Shown one piece after another: positions 1 to 11,801 of a stretch of 64,000 bases of DNA. Within the stretch, counting starts at the first letter, position 1. The number at the start of each line of letters is the position of its first letter. The translations under genes and the position numbers were made by a program. Source of the stretch: an uncultured Thermoanaerobaculia bacterium. Lineage in GTDB: Bacteria > Acidobacteriota > Thermoanaerobaculia > Thermoanaerobaculales > Sulfomarinibacteraceae. The notes beneath the pieces were generated by a model. It ran no database searches. It saw only the letters and a program-made list of their open reading frames with translations, and had not been told where the DNA came from. The DNA is taken from assembly GCA_964420405.1 (NCBI GenBank), contig CAYQTL010000011.1, positions 268 to 64,267 of the forward strand. The letters are read 5' to 3'.

Positions 1-1
1 C

Positions 2-157
2 GTCGTGTTCGACGTCGAGACGATCTTCCTGTTCCCATGGGCGGTGACGTTCGACCGTCTGGCGCTGTTCGGCTTCATCGAGATGCTGGTGTTCCTGGCG
101 ATCCTCGTGGTCGGCTACGTCTACGCCTGGCGGAGGGGGGCGCTGGAATGGGCCTGA
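2..157 (+). CDS. nuoA: NADH-quinone oxidoreductase subunit A, C-terminal part (5' end outside window)
   Basis: The frame is open from the window edge and reads [50 protein letters not shown], a NuoA/ND3-type C-terminus. Stop is TGA 155-157, directly upstream of nuoB. Confidence 0.85.
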   Translation, partial: VVFDVETIFLFPWAVTFDRLALFGFIEMLVFLAILVVGYVYAWRRGALEWA

Positions 158-636
158 TCGAGGATCGCTTCGAGCGCAACATCATCACCACCACCTACGA
201 CGCAGTCTTCAACTGGGCCAGGCGCTCGTCGCTGTGGCCGATGCAGTTCGGTCTGGCCTGCTGCGCCATCGAGATGATGGCGGTGCTCGACCCACGCTAC
301 GACATGGCCCGGTTCGGCGCCGAGGTGTTCCGTGGCACGCCGCGCCAGTCGGACATGATGATCGTCTCCGGCACCGTGACCGAGAAGATGGCGCCGATCG
401 TCAAGCGGCTGTACCAGCAGATGGCCGACCCCAAGTGGGTGATCGCGATGGGATCCTGCGCCACCTGCGGCGGTCCCTACCGGACCTACGCCGTCACCCA
501 GGGGGTGGACCGGATCATCCCGGTGGACGTCTACATCCCGGGATGTCCGCCGCGGCCGGAGGCGCTGCTGTACGGCCTGATGCAGCTGCAGCGCAAGATC
601 GACCGCGAGACCATCGCCCGCACGCGGGCGTCGTGA
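148..636 (+). CDS. nuoB: NADH-quinone oxidoreductase subunit B (20 kDa, N2 Fe-S)
   Basis: ATG 148 overlaps the nuoA end. Motifs [20 protein letters not shown] and [11 protein letters not shown] (cluster N2 cysteines) are present. The first 37 codons of track ORF 37..636 overlap nuoA in another frame, so they are rejected. Confidence 0.92.
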   Translation: MGLIEDRFERNIITTTYDAVFNWARRSSLWPMQFGLACCAIEMMAVLDPRYDMARFGAEVFRGTPRQSDMMIVSGTVTEKMAPIVKRLYQQMADPKWVIAMGSCATCGGPYRTYAVTQGVDRIIPVDVYIPGCPPRPEALLYGLMQLQRKIDRETIARTRAS

Positions 637-643
637 GGCCGCC

Positions 644-1438
644 ATGAGCGACGACACGCCGACCCCGAAGGATCCGCAGGCGCCCGACAACGGCGGCGGC
701 GACGGCCAGCAGGCAGAGCACCGTTCCGAGCAGAAGACCGCGAAGCCGGGCCTGTCCGACGAGGAGAAGGCGGCCAAGGTCGCCGCCGCGAAGGCGAAGG
801 CCGCCGCCCGCACGGCGGCCGTGGAGTCCGCCCAGGGCGACGGCGACCCGGCACCGCCGAAGCCGCCGTGGGAGGACAAGCCGGTCGCGCCGGGCCATGA
901 GGACGCGGCCGGCGACCCGGATGTCGTCGCCCTCGCGGGCGGAGTCGAGGGCGCGGTGCTGGCGGCCGACCGCTTCGCCGGCGACGTCACGGTGACGGTG
1001 CCGCGCGAGCTGGTCCGCGACGCCTGCCGCTACCTCAAGCAGGAGCGCGGCTACCGCTTCCTGGTCGACCTCACCGCCGTCGACTGGACCGACCGCGAGG
1101 AGGGACGGTTCGACGTCGTGTACTGGATGCACCGGTTCGACGACTCCACACGGCTCAGGCTGCGCTGCGCCGTGCCCGAGGCCGACCCCACGGTGGACAG
1201 CGTCCAGCCGGTCTGGCGCACCGCCGACTGGATGGAGCGCGAGGTGTACGACATGTTCGGGATCACCTTCGAGGGCCACCCGAACCTGGAGCGGATCCTG
1301 ACCTGGGAGGGGTTCAACGGCCACCCGCTGCGCAAGGACTTCCCGGTCGAGGGGATCGACACCGGCGCCGCGATCTACCCCGAGGTGTACCCGGAGGGCG
1401 GCGGGCCGGTGGCCGAGGAGAAAGGGGACGAGGCGTGA
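644..1438 (+). CDS. nuoC: NADH-quinone oxidoreductase subunit C (30 kDa) with a ~95-aa low-complexity N-terminal extension
   Basis: The C-terminal 170 aa ([12 protein letters not shown]...[23 protein letters not shown]) are NuoC-like. The N-terminus is K/A/P/D-rich ([20 protein letters not shown]). There is a 4-nt overlap with nuoD. Confidence 0.85.
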   Translation: [264 protein letters not shown]

Positions 1439-2556
1439 CCGAGCCCACCTCGCCGCTGTTCGACGTGGAGGAGATGGAGGTCAACTTCGGCCCCCAGCAT
1501 CCCGCCACCCACGGCGTGCTGCGGGTCCAGATGCGGCTCGACGGCGAGAAGATCGTCGAGGCGCGGCCGATCATCGGCTACCTGCACCGCGGCACCGAGA
1601 AGCTGTTCGAGACGATGGCATTCCCCCAGTGCCTGCCGCACACCGACCGGATGGACTACGTCACGGCCGCGACCAACAACCAGGGGTTCTGCGTCGCGGT
1701 GGAGAAGCTGCTCGGCATCACGATCCCGCCGCGGGCCGCCTACATCCGGATGATCCTGGCCGAGCTGCAGCGGATCGCCTCGCACCTCGTGTGGCTGGCG
1801 ACCCATGCGGTCGACATCGGCGCCATCACCCCCTTCTTCTATACCTTCCGCGAGCGCGACGCGATCCTCGACCTGTTCGAGGAGTTCTGCGGCGCGCGGC
1901 TGACGCTGAACTGCATGCGGATCGGCGGCGTTCCCTACGACCTGCCCGACGGATGGACCGAACGCTGCAGGGCGTTCGTCGACGACTTCCCGCGCCACGT
2001 CCGGGAGTACGAGACACTGCTGACCACCAACCGGATCTGGAAGCAGCGCACGGTCGGCATCGGCGTCATCTCGGCCGACGACGCGATCGACTGGGGTCTG
2101 ACCGGGCCGCCGCTGCGCGGCTCGGGAGTGCGGTGGGACGTGCGCAAGGTGTTCCCCTACGACCGCTACGACGAGGTCGAGTTCGACGTCCCGGTCGGCG
2201 AGCACGGCGACACCTACGACCGCTACCTCGTGCGGATCGAGGAGATGCGCCAGTCGGTGCGGATCGTCCACCAGTGCCTCGACCGGCTGCCGGACGGCCC
2301 GTTCATGGCCAAGGTCCCCAAGATCCTGCGCGCCGGCGAGGGCATGGTGTACGCCTCGGTGGAGGGGCCCAAGGGCGAGCTCGGCTACTTCCTGGTCGCG
2401 ACCGACAAGGGGACCCAGCCGTACCGCTGCCACGTGCGGCCGCCGTCGTTCGTCAACCTCCAGACCCTGCCGCACATGGTCGAGGGCGGCCTGGTGGCGG
2501 ATCTCATGGCGGTCATCGGCACGCTCGACATCGTCCTCGGCGAGATCGACCGATGA
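1435..2556 (+). CDS. nuoD: NADH-quinone oxidoreductase subunit D (49 kDa)
   Basis: Motifs NFGPQHPATHGVLRV, RIASHLVWLATHA and RCHVRPPSFVNLQ. Position is between nuoC and nuoH. Confidence 0.93.
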   Translation: MTEPTSPLFDVEEMEVNFGPQHPATHGVLRVQMRLDGEKIVEARPIIGYLHRGTEKLFETMAFPQCLPHTDRMDYVTAATNNQGFCVAVEKLLGITIPPRAAYIRMILAELQRIASHLVWLATHAVDIGAITPFFYTFRERDAILDLFEEFCGARLTLNCMRIGGVPYDLPDGWTERCRAFVDDFPRHVREYETLLTTNRIWKQRTVGIGVISADDAIDWGLTGPPLRGSGVRWDVRKVFPYDRYDEVEFDVPVGEHGDTYDRYLVRIEEMRQSVRIVHQCLDRLPDGPFMAKVPKILRAGEGMVYASVEGPKGELGYFLVATDKGTQPYRCHVRPPSFVNLQTLPHMVEGGLVADLMAVIGTLDIVLGEIDR

Positions 2557-2570
2557 CCCTCCGGGCGAGC

Positions 2571-2601
2571 CCGCGTCCGCGTCCGTGCCAGTTCCCGAAG
2601 G
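2571..2601. repeat. 31-nt GC-rich intergenic motif ('module P') between nuoD and nuoH
   Basis: ccgcgtccgcgtccgtgccagttcccgaagg matches 27291..27321 (ccccgtccgcgtccgtgcccgtgcccgaagg) at 28 of 31 positions by my alignment. The core cgtccgcgtccgtgc recurs at about 61059..61075. Confidence 0.7.
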
Positions 2602-2617
2602 CGCTCGGGAGGACCGC

Positions 2618-3694
2618 ATGACCGATCCGCTCATCCAGTACCTCGTCATCCCGGCGGTCAAGATCACGGTGATCCTCGCCGCGCTCTGCCTGGTGGTGGC
2701 GTACATGACGTTCGCCGAGCGCAAGATCCTGGCCTACATGCAGGTCCGGATCGGACCGAACCGCGTCGGCCCGAAGGGCTGGCTGCAGCCGATCGCCGAC
2801 GGCCTCAAGCTGTTCGTCAAGGAGGACCTGGTCCCGGCCAATGCCCACCGGTGGGTGTTCCTGCTCGCGCCGTGCCTGATCTTCATTCCGGCCTTCCTGG
2901 TCTGGTCGGTGATCCCGTTCGCGCCGGCGACCGATCTCTTCGGGCTGCTGCCGGAGCCGGTCGAGCCGTTCATCGCCGACGTCAACATCGGCGTCCTGTT
3001 CATCCTCAGCGTGAGCTCGATCGGAATCTACGGCCTGATCCTCGGCGGCTGGGCGTCGAACAACAAGTTCTCGCTGATGGGCGGGCTGCGCTCCGGCGCG
3101 CAGATGATCTCCTACGAGCTGCCCCTCGGGTTCGCGGTCATCTCGGTCCTGCTGATGGGCGGGTCGCTGTCCCTGGTGGAGATCGTCGAGGTGCAGCAGG
3201 CGAGCGGCCAGTGGTTCGTCTTTCCGTGGCGATGGGCGCTCGGCCTGCCGGGCCTGCTGGCGTTCGGCATCTACTTCATCTGCGGCGTCGCGGAGACCAA
3301 CCGCAACCCGTTCGACCTGCCCGAGGCGGAGTCCGAGCTCGTGGCCGGCTTCCACACCGAGTACTCAGGGATGAAGTTCGCGCTGTTCTTCCTCGCCGAG
3401 TACGCCAACATGCTGGTGGTCTCCTCGCTCGCCGTGATCCTGTTCTTCGGTGGCTGGCTGCCGCCGTTCCCCAACCTGCTCGCGCCGCTGTGGGAGCTGC
3501 CGGTGCTCGGCTGGCCGTTCCTGTGGTACGCCGCCAAGGTGGGGCTGTTCATGTTCTGCTACATCTGGTTCCGCGGCACCTTTCCGCGGTACCGGTTCGA
3601 CCAGCTCATGCGAATCGGCTGGAAGTGGCTGCTGCCGCTGTCGCTGGCCAACGTGATGCTGGTGGCGCTCGGCGTCCTGCTGCTGAAGGGATGA
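2618..3694 (+). CDS. nuoH: NADH-quinone oxidoreductase subunit H
   Basis: Motifs GPKGWLQPIADGLKLFVKED and AETNRNPFDLPEAESELVAGFHTEYSGMKFALFFLAEY. ATG 2618 is preferred because GGGAGGA lies 4 nt upstream and the upstream part of the ORF is the repeat motif. The alternative start is 2585. Confidence 0.9.
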   Translation: MTDPLIQYLVIPAVKITVILAALCLVVAYMTFAERKILAYMQVRIGPNRVGPKGWLQPIADGLKLFVKEDLVPANAHRWVFLLAPCLIFIPAFLVWSVIPFAPATDLFGLLPEPVEPFIADVNIGVLFILSVSSIGIYGLILGGWASNNKFSLMGGLRSGAQMISYELPLGFAVISVLLMGGSLSLVEIVEVQQASGQWFVFPWRWALGLPGLLAFGIYFICGVAETNRNPFDLPEAESELVAGFHTEYSGMKFALFFLAEYANMLVVSSLAVILFFGGWLPPFPNLLAPLWELPVLGWPFLWYAAKVGLFMFCYIWFRGTFPRYRFDQLMRIGWKWLLPLSLANVMLVALGVLLLKG

Positions 3695-3698
3695 CGCC

Positions 3699-4241
3699 AT
3701 GCTGAGGGAGTTCCTGTCGCGGTTGGTGCCGGTCGAGCTCTTCAAGGGTCTCGCGCTCACCGGCGGCTACCTGTTCCGCCGCAAGGAGACGGTCCAGTAC
3801 CCGGAGAAGCGTCTCGAGCCGCCGGACCGGTTCCGGGGGATGTTCGGGTACGACGAGGAGCGCTGTATCGACTGCGGCCTGTGCGCCAAGGCGTGCCCGA
3901 TCGACATCATCCACATCGTCGACCACACCGAGGTCGAGGAGGTCGACGGCAAGAAGAGGAAGCGCAAGGTCATCGACCGCTACGACATCGACGTCAAGCG
4001 GTGTCTGTTCTGCGGTCTCTGCGAGGAGGCCTGCCCGACCGAGCCCAAGTCGGTGTGGCTGACCACCAAGACCTACGAGGCCGCGGTCTACGAGCGCGAC
4101 CACTCGCTGTACTTCACCAAGGAGCGGCTGCAGGGCTGGGACGGGGTGGTGCCGTTCCCGGGCGTCAGGACCCCGAAGGAGGGGCTCGACCCGGCCGACC
4201 CGCTCGGCCGCCGGCGGAAGGCGTCGGGGGAGGATGGGTGA
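3699..4241 (+). CDS. nuoI: NADH-quinone oxidoreductase subunit I (2x 4Fe-4S ferredoxin)
   Basis: Two CxxCxxCxxxCP motifs (CIDCGLCAKACP, CLFCGLCEEACP). A basic insert (GKKRKRK) lies between them and there is a C-terminal tail. Confidence 0.92.
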   Translation: MLREFLSRLVPVELFKGLALTGGYLFRRKETVQYPEKRLEPPDRFRGMFGYDEERCIDCGLCAKACPIDIIHIVDHTEVEEVDGKKRKRKVIDRYDIDVKRCLFCGLCEEACPTEPKSVWLTTKTYEAAVYERDHSLYFTKERLQGWDGVVPFPGVRTPKEGLDPADPLGRRRKASGEDG

Positions 4242-4804
4242 TGGACTTCCTGATCGCCAACTTCGCCGCGATCGTGTTCTACGTCCTCGCGGCGCTGGCG
4301 GTGGCCGGAGCGGCCGGGACGGTGATGCTGCGAAGCCCGGTCCACTCGGCGCTGGCGCTGCTGTGGACCTTCCTGATGGTCGCGGCGCTGTTCATCCTCC
4401 GCCACGCCGAGTTCCTCGCCGCGGTCCAGGTGCTGGTCTACGGCGGCGGCATCATGGTCCTGTTCCTGTTCGTCATCATGCTGGTCAACGTCCACAAGCG
4501 CCCCACCGAGGAGGCGTTCCTCGACCGGCTCGCGCCGTGGGCGGTGCTGGCCGGGGTCCTCGTCGGCGCCCTGATCGCCATCGGGCTGCTGCTCGGCACC
4601 ATGGGGGCCGCCGGCGGTGACCTCGACGCCCTGCGGACGGTCGACGGCGAGCTGCTCGGCAACACCGAGGCCGTGGGCGTGACCCTCTACACCCGCTACC
4701 TGGTGCCGTTCGAGATCGTCTCGGTGGTGCTGCTGGTGGCGATGATCGGGGCGATCGTGTTCGGACGGCGCGACGCCGCGTTGCGGGAGGAGGTCGAGCG
4801 GTGA
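4241..4804 (+). CDS. nuoJ: NADH-quinone oxidoreductase subunit J
   Basis: An internal ATG of track ORF 3881..4804 forms a TGATG overlap with the nuoI stop. The protein starts MDFLIANFAAIVFYVLAALAV and contains AEFLAAVQVLVYGGGIMVLFLFVIML. Confidence 0.85.
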   Translation: MDFLIANFAAIVFYVLAALAVAGAAGTVMLRSPVHSALALLWTFLMVAALFILRHAEFLAAVQVLVYGGGIMVLFLFVIMLVNVHKRPTEEAFLDRLAPWAVLAGVLVGALIAIGLLLGTMGAAGGDLDALRTVDGELLGNTEAVGVTLYTRYLVPFEIVSVVLLVAMIGAIVFGRRDAALREEVER

Positions 4805-5103
4805 TCACCGCCACCCACTACGTGGTGCTGTCGCTCATCCTGCTGCTGCTCGGGGTCGTCGGCGTGATGGTGCGCCGCAACTTCATCACCGTGCTGATGT
4901 CGCTGGAGCTGGTGTTCAACGCGGTCAACCTCAACCTGATCGCGTTCTCCCACCGGTTCGCGGACCTCGAGGGGCAGGTGCTGGCGATCTTCGTCATCAC
5001 CATCGCCGCCGCCGAGGCGGCGATCGGGCTCGGCCTCATCATCGCGCTGGTGCGGCTGAAGAACACCGTCGCCCTCGACGAGGCCGCCGAGATGCGGAGC
5101 TGA
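4801..5103 (+). CDS. nuoK: NADH-quinone oxidoreductase subunit K
   Basis: A 100-aa protein with 3 TM segments and LELVFNAVNLNLIAFS. GTGA overlap with nuoJ. Confidence 0.9.
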   Translation: MITATHYVVLSLILLLLGVVGVMVRRNFITVLMSLELVFNAVNLNLIAFSHRFADLEGQVLAIFVITIAAAEAAIGLGLIIALVRLKNTVALDEAAEMRS

Positions 5104-5107
5104 CGGG

Positions 5108-7219
<2,112 letters not shown>

Positions 7220-7228
7220 GGAGCGAAG

Positions 7229-8839
7229 ATGGACCTCCAGTACGGACTCGAGTACGGCTACCTCCTCAACCTGGTCGTGTACCTGCCGCTGGCCGGGGCC
7301 CTCGCGATCATGTTCTTCTTCAACAAGGAGAACACCAGGGGGATCAAGTACTTCGCGACGGCGGTGGCGGGGGTCGACTTCCTGCTCTCGCTGCCGTTGT
7401 GGTTCCTGTACAACCCGGACGGCGCCGAGTTCCAGTTCGCCACGAAGGTCGACTGGATTCCCGCGGTCGGGGTCCAGTACATCTTCGGCGTCGACGGGTT
7501 CTCGATCCTGCTGATCCTGCTGACGACCCTGCTCGGCGTCATCGCGGTCTACTCGTCGTTCACCGCCATCGCCGAGCGGGAGAAGGAGTACTACGTCTTC
7601 CTGCTGCTGCTGCAGGTCGGCATGCTCGGCGTGTTCTGCGCCCTCGACTTCATCCTGTTCTACGTCTTCTGGGAGGTCATGCTGGTCCCCATGTACTTCC
7701 TCATCGGGGTCTGGGGCGGACCGCGCAAGCTGTACGCAGCCATCAAGTTCTTCCTGTACACCCTGGCCGGCTCGGTGCTGATGCTGGTCGGCATCCTGGC
7801 CCTGTACTTCTACCGCGGGGACGGATTGGCGGCGGTGGGCCTGAAGGGGCTCGGTCTGGGTGCCACCTTCGAGATCCCGGTGCTGTACGAGATGGCGCCG
7901 ATGATCCCGGGCGGGATGCAGTTCTGGGTGTTCCTGGCGTTCTTCGTCGGCTTCGCGATCAAGGTGCCGATGTTCCCGTTCCATACGTGGCTGCCGGACG
8001 CCCACGTCGAGGCGCCCACCGCCGGCTCGGTGATCCTGGCGGGCGTCCTGCTGAAGATGGGGACCTACGGCTTCGTCCGGTTCTCGCTGCCGATGCTGCC
8101 CGACGCCACCGTCGACGCGGTCGGCTGGATCGGGGTACTGGCGATCATCGCCATCATCTACGGCGCGCTGGTGGCGATGGCCCAGAAGGACATGAAGAAG
8201 CTGGTGGCGTACTCCTCGGTCAGCCACATGGGGTTCGTGATGCTCGGCATGTTCGCCCTCAACGAGGCCGGGCTGCGCGGCTCGATCCTTCAGATGCTCA
8301 ACCACGGCATCTCCACCGGTGCGCTCTTCCTCCTGGTCGGCATCGTCTACGAGCGGCGCCACAACCGGCTGATATCCGAGTACGGCGGTCTCGCCAAGGT
8401 CATGCCCCTGTACGCCATGTTCTTCATGGTGATCACCATGTCGTCGATCGGCCTGCCGACCCTCAACGGTTTCGTCGGCGAGCTGACGATCCTGATCGGC
8501 GCCTTCCACCACTCGTGGGTGTGGGCGGTGTTCGCCGCCACCGGCATCGTGCTCGGCGCCGGCTACATGCTGTGGATGTACCAGCGGGTGTTCTTCGGCG
8601 AGCTGTCCAACGAGAAGAACAAGGCGCTGCCCGACCTCAACCTGCGCGAGCAGTGGACCCTGATCCCGCTGATCGTGATGGCGTTCTGGATCGGGCTGTA
8701 CCCGAAGCCGTTCTTCCGCATGATGGAGCCGACGGTGGCCCGCGTGATGGAGCGGATCGAGGCCGCGGCGCCCGAGCGGGAGACCCCTCCGGCCGTCGCC
8801 GCCGTCCCGGACGGCGCCGACCGCTCTCACGGGGAGTGA
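7229..8839 (+). CDS. nuoM: NADH-quinone oxidoreductase subunit M
   Basis: Motif HTWLPDAHVEAPTAGSVILAGVLLKMGTYG; antiporter-like. Confidence 0.93.
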   Translation: MDLQYGLEYGYLLNLVVYLPLAGALAIMFFFNKENTRGIKYFATAVAGVDFLLSLPLWFLYNPDGAEFQFATKVDWIPAVGVQYIFGVDGFSILLILLTTLLGVIAVYSSFTAIAEREKEYYVFLLLLQVGMLGVFCALDFILFYVFWEVMLVPMYFLIGVWGGPRKLYAAIKFFLYTLAGSVLMLVGILALYFYRGDGLAAVGLKGLGLGATFEIPVLYEMAPMIPGGMQFWVFLAFFVGFAIKVPMFPFHTWLPDAHVEAPTAGSVILAGVLLKMGTYGFVRFSLPMLPDATVDAVGWIGVLAIIAIIYGALVAMAQKDMKKLVAYSSVSHMGFVMLGMFALNEAGLRGSILQMLNHGISTGALFLLVGIVYERRHNRLISEYGGLAKVMPLYAMFFMVITMSSIGLPTLNGFVGELTILIGAFHHSWVWAVFAATGIVLGAGYMLWMYQRVFFGELSNEKNKALPDLNLREQWTLIPLIVMAFWIGLYPKPFFRMMEPTVARVMERIEAAAPERETPPAVAAVPDGADRSHGE

Positions 8840-8842
8840 GCG

Positions 8843-10300
8843 ATGCCGCTGGAGCAGTTCGTCCCGTTCGTCCCGGAGATCTTCCTCGCGGTGGCGGCGC
8901 TCGTGCTGCTCCTGGCGGGGATCCCGCTGGGTCGGCACCGCCGTCCCCACGCCGCGGTGGGGTTGGGGGTGGCGTCGCTGGCGGTGACGGCGGCGCTGGT
9001 GCTGTGGCTCGGGCGGCCCGAGGGCGTGCCGGCCGCGACCCTCGGCGGGATGCTGGTGTTCGACGGCCTGGCGGTGTACTTCAAGCTGCTGGTCCTGCTC
9101 GGCTCGGCGATGGCGCTGGCCATGGCGCCCGGTTACCTGGAGCGGGCCGGCTACGGAGGCGGCGAGTTCACCTCGCTGGTGCTGTGCGCGACCCTCGGGA
9201 TGTTCGTGATGGCGTCGGGCGCGAGCCTCGCGAGCCTGTACGTCGGCCTCGAGCTGATGGCGCTGTCGGTCTACGTCCTGGTCGGGTTCTTCAAGCTCGA
9301 GGTGCGCTCCAACGAAGGGGCCGTCAAGTACTTCGTCCTCGGCGCCCTGTCGTCGGGGATCCTGCTGTACGGCATCTCCCTGGTCTACGGTGCCCTCGGC
9401 ACCCTGGACCTGCCGGAGATCCACGCCATCCTGGCGAGCACGCCGAGCGACAACCCCATGCTGCTGCTCGGCATCGTGCTGGTGTCGTTCGGGATGCTGT
9501 TCAAGGTCGCGGCGGTGCCGTTCCACGTCTGGACCCCCGACGCGTACGAGGGCGCCCCGACGCCGGTGACCGCGTTCATCGCGGCGGCGCCGAAGGCGGC
9601 CGCCTTTGCCATGTTCGTGCGCCTGTTCGCCGGCGCGTTCGCTCCCCAGGTGGAGCACTGGCGTCTGATCCTGTGGATCGCGGCGGCGGCCACCATGATC
9701 TACGGCAACGTCGCCGCGCTGACCCAGTCCAACGTCAAGCGGATGCTCGCCTACTCGTCGATCGCCCACGCCGGCTACGCCCTGCTCGGCCTGGTGGCGG
9801 CGACCGCCATGGGCACCTGGTCCGTGCTGCTGTACCTGCTGGTGTACACCTTCATGAACCTCGGCGCGTTCGGGTTCGTGATCCTGCTCGAGACCCGCGG
9901 CTACGCCGGCGGGACGATCGAGGACTTCGCCGGCCTCGCACGGCGCCATCCGGCCGCGGCCGCCGGCATGCTGATCTTCATGCTGGCGCTGGCCGGGATC
10001 CCGCCGACCGCGGGGTTCATGGGCAAGCTGTACCTGTTCGCGGCGGCGGTGGAGGCCGGCTACGTGGGTCTGGTGGTCATCGCCGTCCTCATGTCGGCGG
10101 TGAGCCTGTTCTACTACTTCCGCATCGTCGTCCAGATGTACCTGCGGGAGAGCGAGGCGGTCGGTGCGGAGCCGGTCCGCGACCGGTGGGTGGAGGCGAT
10201 GATCGCCCTGTGTGCGGTGGCGACGATCCTGATCGGCGTCGCGCCCGCGCCGGTGGTCGCCTGGGCCCGGGGTGGGCTCGAGGCGCTGACGTTGATGTGA
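8843..10300 (+). CDS. nuoN: NADH-quinone oxidoreductase subunit N
   Basis: Motif PFHVWTPDAYEGAPTPVTAFIAAAPKAAAF; last gene of the nuo array. Confidence 0.9.
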   Translation: MPLEQFVPFVPEIFLAVAALVLLLAGIPLGRHRRPHAAVGLGVASLAVTAALVLWLGRPEGVPAATLGGMLVFDGLAVYFKLLVLLGSAMALAMAPGYLERAGYGGGEFTSLVLCATLGMFVMASGASLASLYVGLELMALSVYVLVGFFKLEVRSNEGAVKYFVLGALSSGILLYGISLVYGALGTLDLPEIHAILASTPSDNPMLLLGIVLVSFGMLFKVAAVPFHVWTPDAYEGAPTPVTAFIAAAPKAAAFAMFVRLFAGAFAPQVEHWRLILWIAAAATMIYGNVAALTQSNVKRMLAYSSIAHAGYALLGLVAATAMGTWSVLLYLLVYTFMNLGAFGFVILLETRGYAGGTIEDFAGLARRHPAAAAGMLIFMLALAGIPPTAGFMGKLYLFAAAVEAGYVGLVVIAVLMSAVSLFYYFRIVVQMYLRESEAVGAEPVRDRWVEAMIALCAVATILIGVAPAPVVAWARGGLEALTLM

Positions 10301-10369
10301 CGATGACGGCGGAGGACGGGGGAGGCCGGCGGGCGCGCCGTCCGGCCCGCCGAACGGGAGGCGACGCGG

Positions 10370-10666
10370 GTGGCGCCGGGAAGAAAGCAGCTGCGCACCG
10401 CCAGGACGTGGCTCGACGTCTCGATCGTCGGGATCCAGTTCCCGGTGGCGATCGCGATCGGCTTCTTCTGGGGCCGCTGGATGGACCGCGCCCTCGGCAC
10501 GGAACCGTGGCTGACGATCGTGTTCACCCTGTTCGGCGTGGCCGCAGGCTTCGTCAACCTGTTCCGGATCACCGCCGCCGCGACCCGGGCGGAGGAGCGG
10601 GAGGCCGCCGAGCGCGACGCCGCCGAGCGCGCGCGGGACGAGGACGGCCGGGATGGCGACGGGTGA
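10370..10666 (+). CDS. AtpZ / 'ATPase gene 1'-like small membrane protein
   Basis: GTG start with GGGAGG upstream. Two hydrophobic helices (VSIVGIQFPVAIAIGFFWGRWMD; WLTIVFTLFGVAAGFVNLF) and an acidic/Arg-rich tail. Position immediately upstream of atpI-atpB. Confidence 0.6.
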   Translation: MAPGRKQLRTARTWLDVSIVGIQFPVAIAIGFFWGRWMDRALGTEPWLTIVFTLFGVAAGFVNLFRITAAATRAEEREAAERDAAERARDEDGRDGDG

Positions 10667-11030
10667 GTTCTCGACCCGGCGGGTGCTGCGCACCGCGGGG
10701 GGGCTGGTGATCGCCGGCGCCGTGTTCGAGCTGGCTGTGCTGCGCTCGCCCGCGGGCGCGCTCAGCTTGACCCTGGCGGGGGCGGTGGCTATCATCAACT
10801 TCCACTGGCTCGAGGCGTTGTTGGAAGGGGTGATCCAGCCCGTCCGGCCACGTTTCGACCGCCGGTCGGTGTTCCGGTTCGCCGGGCGCATGACCCTCCT
10901 CGCCGGGGTGTTCACGTTGCTGCTCCTGGTACCACAGATCGACGCCGTCGCCGTTGCGCTCGGATTCTCCACCGTGGTGGTGGGCCTCGTGGCGGAGGGC
11001 ATCCGTGCGGCACGGGTGGAGGGAAGCTAG
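10653..11030 (+). CDS. atpI: ATP synthase protein I-like membrane protein
   Basis: A 125-aa hydrophobic protein overlapping the previous gene. It ends at the TAG immediately followed by the atpB ATG, which is the typical atpI position. Confidence 0.5.
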   Translation: MATGEFSTRRVLRTAGGLVIAGAVFELAVLRSPAGALSLTLAGAVAIINFHWLEALLEGVIQPVRPRFDRRSVFRFAGRMTLLAGVFTLLLLVPQIDAVAVALGFSTVVVGLVAEGIRAARVEGS

Positions 11031-11801
11031 ATGGAGCATCACTTCTCGTTCCTCTTCGAGCCGGTGAACCGCCTGCTGCTCGCTCTCTTCGGAACGCCGC
11101 CGGAGTGGTGGCAGCAGGGATTCGGGACCGCGGCCCACGGTGACCACCCGCCGTTCCCGACGGGCTACTGGATGCCCGACCACGTGATCATGGCGGTGCT
11201 CGCCGTCGCCATCATCGCCGCGATCCTGGTCCCCATCGGCCGGCGGCTGTCGGTCGAGCGGCCAGGCAAGCTCCAGCAGTCTCTCGAGCTGCTGATGACC
11301 GGGCTCGAGGACCTGGTGGAGGAGGTGGTGGGACACGGCGCGGGGCGCCGGTTCCTGCCGTTCATCCTCAGCCTCACGTTCTTCATCTTCGTCTGCAACA
11401 TCTTCGGCTTCTTCTACTTCCTGCAGCCGCCGACGCAGGTGACCTCGACCACCTTCGCGCTGTCCATCACAGCGTTCATCTTCTACAACGTGGCCGGCGT
11501 GCGGTCCAACGGGCTGCTGAAGTACCTCAAGCACTTCGCCGGGCCGCTGCCGCTGCTGGCGCCGCTGATGGTCCCGATCGAGATCATCTCCCACCTCGCG
11601 CGGATCCTGTCGCTGGCGCTGCGGCTGTTCGGCAACATCTTCGGAGAGCACACCGCGAAGGGGATCTTCGTTGCGATCTTCCCGTTCCTGCTGCCGTGGC
11701 CGATGATGGCGCTCGGGATCTTCGGTTCGCTGCTGCAGACGTTCATCTTCATCATGCTCACGATGGCGTACCTCAACGGAGCCGTCGCCGAAGAGCACTG
11801 A
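11031..11801 (+). CDS. atpB: F0F1 ATP synthase subunit a
   Basis: Motif LSLALRLFGNIFGEH with the conserved Arg; GGAGGG RBS; 5-6 TM segments. Confidence 0.9.
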   Translation: MEHHFSFLFEPVNRLLLALFGTPPEWWQQGFGTAAHGDHPPFPTGYWMPDHVIMAVLAVAIIAAILVPIGRRLSVERPGKLQQSLELLMTGLEDLVEEVVGHGAGRRFLPFILSLTFFIFVCNIFGFFYFLQPPTQVTSTTFALSITAFIFYNVAGVRSNGLLKYLKHFAGPLPLLAPLMVPIEIISHLARILSLALRLFGNIFGEHTAKGIFVAIFPFLLPWPMMALGIFGSLLQTFIFIMLTMAYLNGAVAEEH

